Below, piece by piece: positions 60,022 through 64,000 of a DNA stretch of 64,000 nt. Both the position numbers and the translations under genes were made by a program. The stretch is taken from the NCBI GenBank assembly GCA_015233495.1, contig JADFXQ010000001.1, positions 2,790-66,789 of the forward strand, written 5' to 3'. Every line of letters starts with the position of its first letter. Within the stretch, counting starts at the first letter, position 1. The notes under the pieces are model-generated. The model was given only the letters and a program-made list of their open reading frames with translations, did no database searches and was not told the DNA's origin. The stretch comes from Candidatus Omnitrophota bacterium. GTDB taxonomy: Bacteria; Omnitrophota; Gorgyraeia; Zapsychrales; Zapsychraceae.

Positions 60022-61854
60022 TCAATCGACTAAAATAGCTACGATAACTCCGCGTTTGCGTTTAGCGTTTTTAAGGATGACTTTTATCTGCGGCAGCATG
60101 GCTTCAGCGCTTTGGCCGGTAAGGGAAATGCGGTAATGGTATTTGTCGCGGATTTTAGGAACGGAATCCTGATAAAGCTCCGAAACCGTGAAAGTCCCGC
60201 CGGACTCCGCCTGAAAGGCCTCCTGTAAAATTTTTCCCTGCTCTAAAACCGCGCTTTCCAGCGGCCCGCGCAAAGATATCGCGACTAAAGCGCGCCAGGG
60301 CGGAAGCAGCGATTCCCGTCGCAGTGCTAATTCCTGGGCGTAAAGCGCCGGAAGGTCGTCACGGACAAAAGCGCGTAAATAAGGATTATCCGGCAAAGCT
60401 GTTTGAATCAGCAACTTTTCCGCCGCCGCCTGACGCAGATGAAATAATAAATCCAAGGCCCGAAAACCCGAGCGAAAATCAAACCGGTTGACTTCCGCGT
60501 CAAAATCAATCACCGCGGCCAAATCAACAGTCAACTCCGGAATAAATTTCAAAACCGCCTGGGTGGCAATGATCAAATCCCCGGCGGCAAGAGTTTTCGT
60601 GTCTTTATCGCATAACACGATTTTAGCGGCGGGAAACATTTTGGCTGCCGACTCGCGCATCCGTTCAATCCCTATCCCGGTAGGCTTAAAATCTGTGCTT
60701 TGACAGGACGGGCAAACATTTGCCGTTGGCTGGCTTTGCCCGCAGCGGCCGCAAACTAAATCTCCCTGGCCGGACACGGACATCATCGGCACATCGCAAC
60801 GGGGACATTGAAAAACAAAACCGCAACTCCGGCACCGGGTCGAAGCCGAAAAACCGCGCCGATTTAAAATCAACAATATTTTTTTCCCCGCGGCGATCCA
60901 CCGGCGGATCTGCTCCTGTAAAGGCGCGGATAAATGAAACCACGTTCCCTGCTGATAGTTAGTCAGATCAATGATCTGGATTTCCGGCGCCCGGGAGGGC
61001 GGCGCGATTTCCACTGTCCCGAGCCCTTGTTGCGCGGCCGCCCACGTTTCCACCCGCGGCAGAACTCCTGATACAATCAAATCCGCGCTCTGGGCTTGGG
61101 CGCGCCAACCTGCCACTGTGCCGCCATGATAATGCGGAGATTGTTCTTGCTGATAAGCCTCGTTTTCTTCATCGCTCACCACGATCAATCCCAAACGGTT
61201 GACGGGAGCGAATACCGCTGAACGCAGCCCGATCACCAAACAAGCCGGCAACTCCCGGATCCGCGCCCACTGCTCGAATTCCTGTTTCATGGTCCCGCGG
61301 CCGTAAACCAAAGTTTCCCCGGGATAAATAGCGCGCCAAAACCGAGCCAGCGCGGCCAGCCGGTTGGCTTCCGGAGTTAAGATAATAATACTGCGGCCTT
61401 CTTGAACCGCCAAATCCACTTTGGCCCGAATCTCCTCCCCGGAACAGCCCGCGCGTCTAAGAAAAAGAAAAAAACGCGGCGGCCGGTCAATCAGCGGCGA
61501 AGACAGTGGCGGTTTTAACGCGGTTATTTTTGATTTACGCAAATAAGCCGGCAAATACGTCATGACTGCCTCGCCCCAAGAGGAACCGCAATGGCGGCTG
61601 ATTCGACGCGTTAATTCCAACGCCTCAGCCGCGACAGCTGGATATTCGTCTAAAAGCGCGGTAATTGGACGAACCGTATCCCACTGAGCCTCGGACGATA
61701 CCCGGACGACAACCCCGACTTCCTGTTTGCGGCCGAACGGCACCAGCACCCGGCAGCCCGGACACAGTTTTTCCGCTAACGGCTCTTCGACAGAATAGTC
61801 GAATGGGCCTTCCACCGGCAAACCCAAAATAACTTGAGCATATTGTAGTGGCAT
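60022..61854 (-). CDS. priA: Primosomal protein N' (degenerate helicase domain)
   Basis: FDY...GCRVLVPFG 3'-binding domain, GLRSAVFAP, LNRRGF, four CxxC pairs and GIGIE; no GxGKT. Confidence 0.85.
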   Translation of the reverse strand: MPLQYAQVILGLPVEGPFDYSVEEPLAEKLCPGCRVLVPFGRKQEVGVVVRVSSEAQWDTVRPITALLDEYPAVAAEALELTRRISRHCGSSWGEAVMTYLPAYLRKSKITALKPPLSSPLIDRPPRFFLFLRRAGCSGEEIRAKVDLAVQEGRSIIILTPEANRLAALARFWRAIYPGETLVYGRGTMKQEFEQWARIRELPACLVIGLRSAVFAPVNRLGLIVVSDEENEAYQQEQSPHYHGGTVAGWRAQAQSADLIVSGVLPRVETWAAAQQGLGTVEIAPPSRAPEIQIIDLTNYQQGTWFHLSAPLQEQIRRWIAAGKKILLILNRRGFSASTRCRSCGFVFQCPRCDVPMMSVSGQGDLVCGRCGQSQPTANVCPSCQSTDFKPTGIGIERMRESAAKMFPAAKIVLCDKDTKTLAAGDLIIATQAVLKFIPELTVDLAAVIDFDAEVNRFDFRSGFRALDLLFHLRQAAAEKLLIQTALPDNPYLRAFVRDDLPALYAQELALRRESLLPPWRALVAISLRGPLESAVLEQGKILQEAFQAESGGTFTVSELYQDSVPKIRDKYHYRISLTGQSAEAMLPQIKVILKNAKRKRGVIVAILVD

Positions 61855-61958
61855 ATTTTATACGCCGGATAATGCGTCCCCGGCACAATTTTTTCTCATA
61901 TATGTCCGATTTGGAAAGCATCTGCCGCCGGTTAAGAGCATTGGAGACATGATCCGAA

Positions 61959-63044
61959 TTATCTAATCAAGTTCAGCACGTCCCGCACCGCGTACGGCCG
62001 GGCGATTTTTTGGGTGCGTTTGATGGCGGTAAGAAAAATGTCGCGGGAATTTTTTAACCGCAGCAGTTCCGCGGCAATCTGGTCGAGCGAGCAATCGCTG
62101 ATCCCGATTTCATAACCTTTTAGCACCTTGATATTATTGGTTTCTTGACCCGGGATCGCGCTAAAAAATATCATTGGCAACTGACTCGCCAAGGCCTCAG
62201 CGATCGACAGCCCGCCGGGTTTGGTCACCATGACATCGGACACGGCCATGAGCTCATGCATATTGTTGACCAACCCCATGACTTTCACCGACGGGATATT
62301 GAGCGTTGACAAACGGCTGTAAAGCGCTTTACCGTGACCGCAGACGACAACCAATTGCAGATCATTCAATTTGGAAATCAGCTGTTCGATCGGGCCAATG
62401 CCAAAGGAGCCGGTAGCGATCAGGACCGTGAATTGATCCTGCGGCAATCCCAAACGTTCCTTGAGCTCGATAATGTCCGGCCGCTGGGTGAATTTTTCAT
62501 TAATCGGAATGCCGGTCACGTGGATTTTGGCTGCTTCCACACCCATACACGCCAATTTATCCTTAGTCCATTCCGTAGCTACGGCATAAGAATCAACGCC
62601 GCTCCCCAGCCAAATATGGTGAACATCATAATCCGTGACAATCGCCAGGAGCCGAGACGAAATTTTTCCGGAGCGTTTCAACGCGGAAACAATCTCATTA
62701 GGCATGAAATGCGTTGAAATGATGTAGTCAAATTTTTCCCGGATGAAATAACGGTGCAGACCAGCCATATTAACGGCGTTATAAAACCTCCGCAGGGGCC
62801 TAAACAGCGGCTGCAAAAAAGGCTGGTCTAAAAATTCAAAGACCAGACGCCACAGCCAGGGAAAACGCGAAATGATCAAAAAATATCCGCCGCAATACAA
62901 ACGCTTAAAAAAAGACGTGGTCTGGGATAAAGCGTCGATGAAAACCACTTGATGCGCCGGGTTAGTTTTTAGGCTTTCGTAAACCGCTTCCGCGGCTTTC
63001 ATGTGTCCGGCCCCGGCCGAGGCGTAGATGACGCAGATTTTCAT
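61959..63044 (-). CDS. MGDG synthase/UgtP-family glycosyltransferase (GT28)
   Basis: ASAGAGHMKAA, STHF, IVTDY, TGIPI, KPGGLS and IPGQETNN motifs. Confidence 0.9.
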   Translation of the reverse strand: MKICVIYASAGAGHMKAAEAVYESLKTNPAHQVVFIDALSQTTSFFKRLYCGGYFLIISRFPWLWRLVFEFLDQPFLQPLFRPLRRFYNAVNMAGLHRYFIREKFDYIISTHFMPNEIVSALKRSGKISSRLLAIVTDYDVHHIWLGSGVDSYAVATEWTKDKLACMGVEAAKIHVTGIPINEKFTQRPDIIELKERLGLPQDQFTVLIATGSFGIGPIEQLISKLNDLQLVVVCGHGKALYSRLSTLNIPSVKVMGLVNNMHELMAVSDVMVTKPGGLSIAEALASQLPMIFFSAIPGQETNNIKVLKGYEIGISDCSLDQIAAELLRLKNSRDIFLTAIKRTQKIARPYAVRDVLNLIR

Positions 63045-63206
63045 AAATTGTTTCCTTCAACTGACAAAATCATAAATGTTTCAACCCGAATGGGAGAAAC
63101 ATTTTTGATTTTGTCAGTTGCCAAAAAAATACAGAAAAACAATTTATGCACCGGTAAACGCTCCGCGGTTACCCGTGCATTTATTGTTTCCTTCAACTCC
63201 CACTAA

Positions 63207-63851
63207 TTATACCGTATTATAGCGGACGCGGGTGCGCATCCGTATATGATTCTTTTTTAAATATCGCTCATGCTCACGGACGCGGTTCAACGCCGGTTCC
63301 CGGTCCCCAAGAATAATCGGCAGCGCTGCCAACAAATCTTTGGCAATGAAATCCGGTTTAATCCCCCAAGAACGAGCTTCCGATCGTTGCGCCCGGCCGG
63401 ACAAAACCAAGATGGTTTTACACTTAGCGTTATACCCCGCGAAAATATCGGATTTCGTATCCCCGACAAAAAACGCGCCTTTCGCGGCGCGCACGGTTTT
63501 CCCGATGGAATCCAAGGCTTTGCGAATGTTGCCGATTTCCGGTTTGCGGCAATCGCATCCGGCCGTAGAACGATGCGTGCAATAATATACACCCGCCAAA
63601 CGTCCCCCGCTCGCCTTGATTTCTTGAACGAATTTCCGGGTGATTTGCTTGAGTTTTTCTCGGGAATAAACGCCTTTGCCGACGCCGGCCTGGTTGGAAA
63701 TCACAAAAATCGCGAACCCCGCCTCGGTGAGAAGCTTTATCGCCTCCTGGGAACGGGACAAAAGATGAAAATCTTTCACCCGGGTCACATATTTCCCATC
63801 CCCGGGAAAGGCATTGATGACGCCATCGCGGTCAAGAAAGACAATTTTCAT
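63207..63851 (-). CDS. gmhB: GmhB/HisB-like HAD-IIIA phosphatase
   Basis: FLDRDGVIN, SNQAG, CTH....CDCRKP and VGD motifs. Confidence 0.85.
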   Translation of the reverse strand: MKIVFLDRDGVINAFPGDGKYVTRVKDFHLLSRSQEAIKLLTEAGFAIFVISNQAGVGKGVYSREKLKQITRKFVQEIKASGGRLAGVYYCTHRSTAGCDCRKPEIGNIRKALDSIGKTVRAAKGAFFVGDTKSDIFAGYNAKCKTILVLSGRAQRSEARSWGIKPDFIAKDLLAALPIILGDREPALNRVREHERYLKKNHIRMRTRVRYNTV

Positions 63852-63855
63852 ACTT

Positions 63856-64000
63856 TTAGATGAGAGCTTTCAACGCGGCGGCCACATACCCGACCTGGTC
63901 TTTTTTCATATGCGGAAACATCGGCAAAGATAATACTTCTTCCGCCAATTTTTCCGAAACCGGCAAATCCCCGCGTTTGTACCCGCATTCCGCGTAAGCC
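63856..64000 (-). CDS. 3' end of a DegT/DnrJ/EryC1 aminotransferase (partial)
   Basis: AYAECGYKRGDLPVSEKLAEEVLSLPMFPHMKKDQVGYV...*. Confidence 0.8.
   Translation of the reverse strand, partial: AYAECGYKRGDLPVSEKLAEEVLSLPMFPHMKKDQVGYVAAALKALI

Overview
About 64 kb of a bacterial chromosome, almost all on the minus strand. It is most likely Ca. Omnitrophota (OP3); this is inferred from two members of a giant or large secreted protein family and was not checked by a search. The housekeeping backbone is tRNA-Pro, aroA, rluD, lspA, dksA/traR-like, ileS, mtnP, proC, yggS, addA/addB, gap, trmH-like, a GldAFG-like ABC system, fmt, priA, ugtP-like and gmhB-like. It is repeatedly interrupted by small accessory cassettes: HicAB, AbiEi/AbiEii, DUF4160/DUF2442, a PIN pair, RhuM and Fic remnants, two AAA ATPases and a serpin. 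Several cassettes are flanked by duplicated fragments of neighbouring genes. The most striking observation lies between addA and addB (19278-19570). It is a promoter-driven, Arg-bodied tRNA with an abnormal anticodon loop (AAC, or an 8-nt AACG loop). About 100 nt downstream is a segment with its own sigma70-like promoter and terminator that is antisense to the tRNA's D and anticodon arms, including the abnormal loop. This is a candidate all-RNA 'tRNA toxin / antisense antitoxin' module or a fold-back switch. Other highlights: (i) 2853-aa and 864-aa secreted proteins that share N- and C-terminal shells around swapped cargo bounded by SSP motifs; (ii) a FabF-ACP-aminotransferase-HAD-ureohydrolase cluster downstream of a two-component system; (iii) REP-like palindromes inserted in frame in addA, addB and the giant gene; (iv) a kinetoplastid glycosomal-like GAPDH; (v) a PriA lacking Walker A. 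All calls come from motif recognition by eye; no database searches were run.
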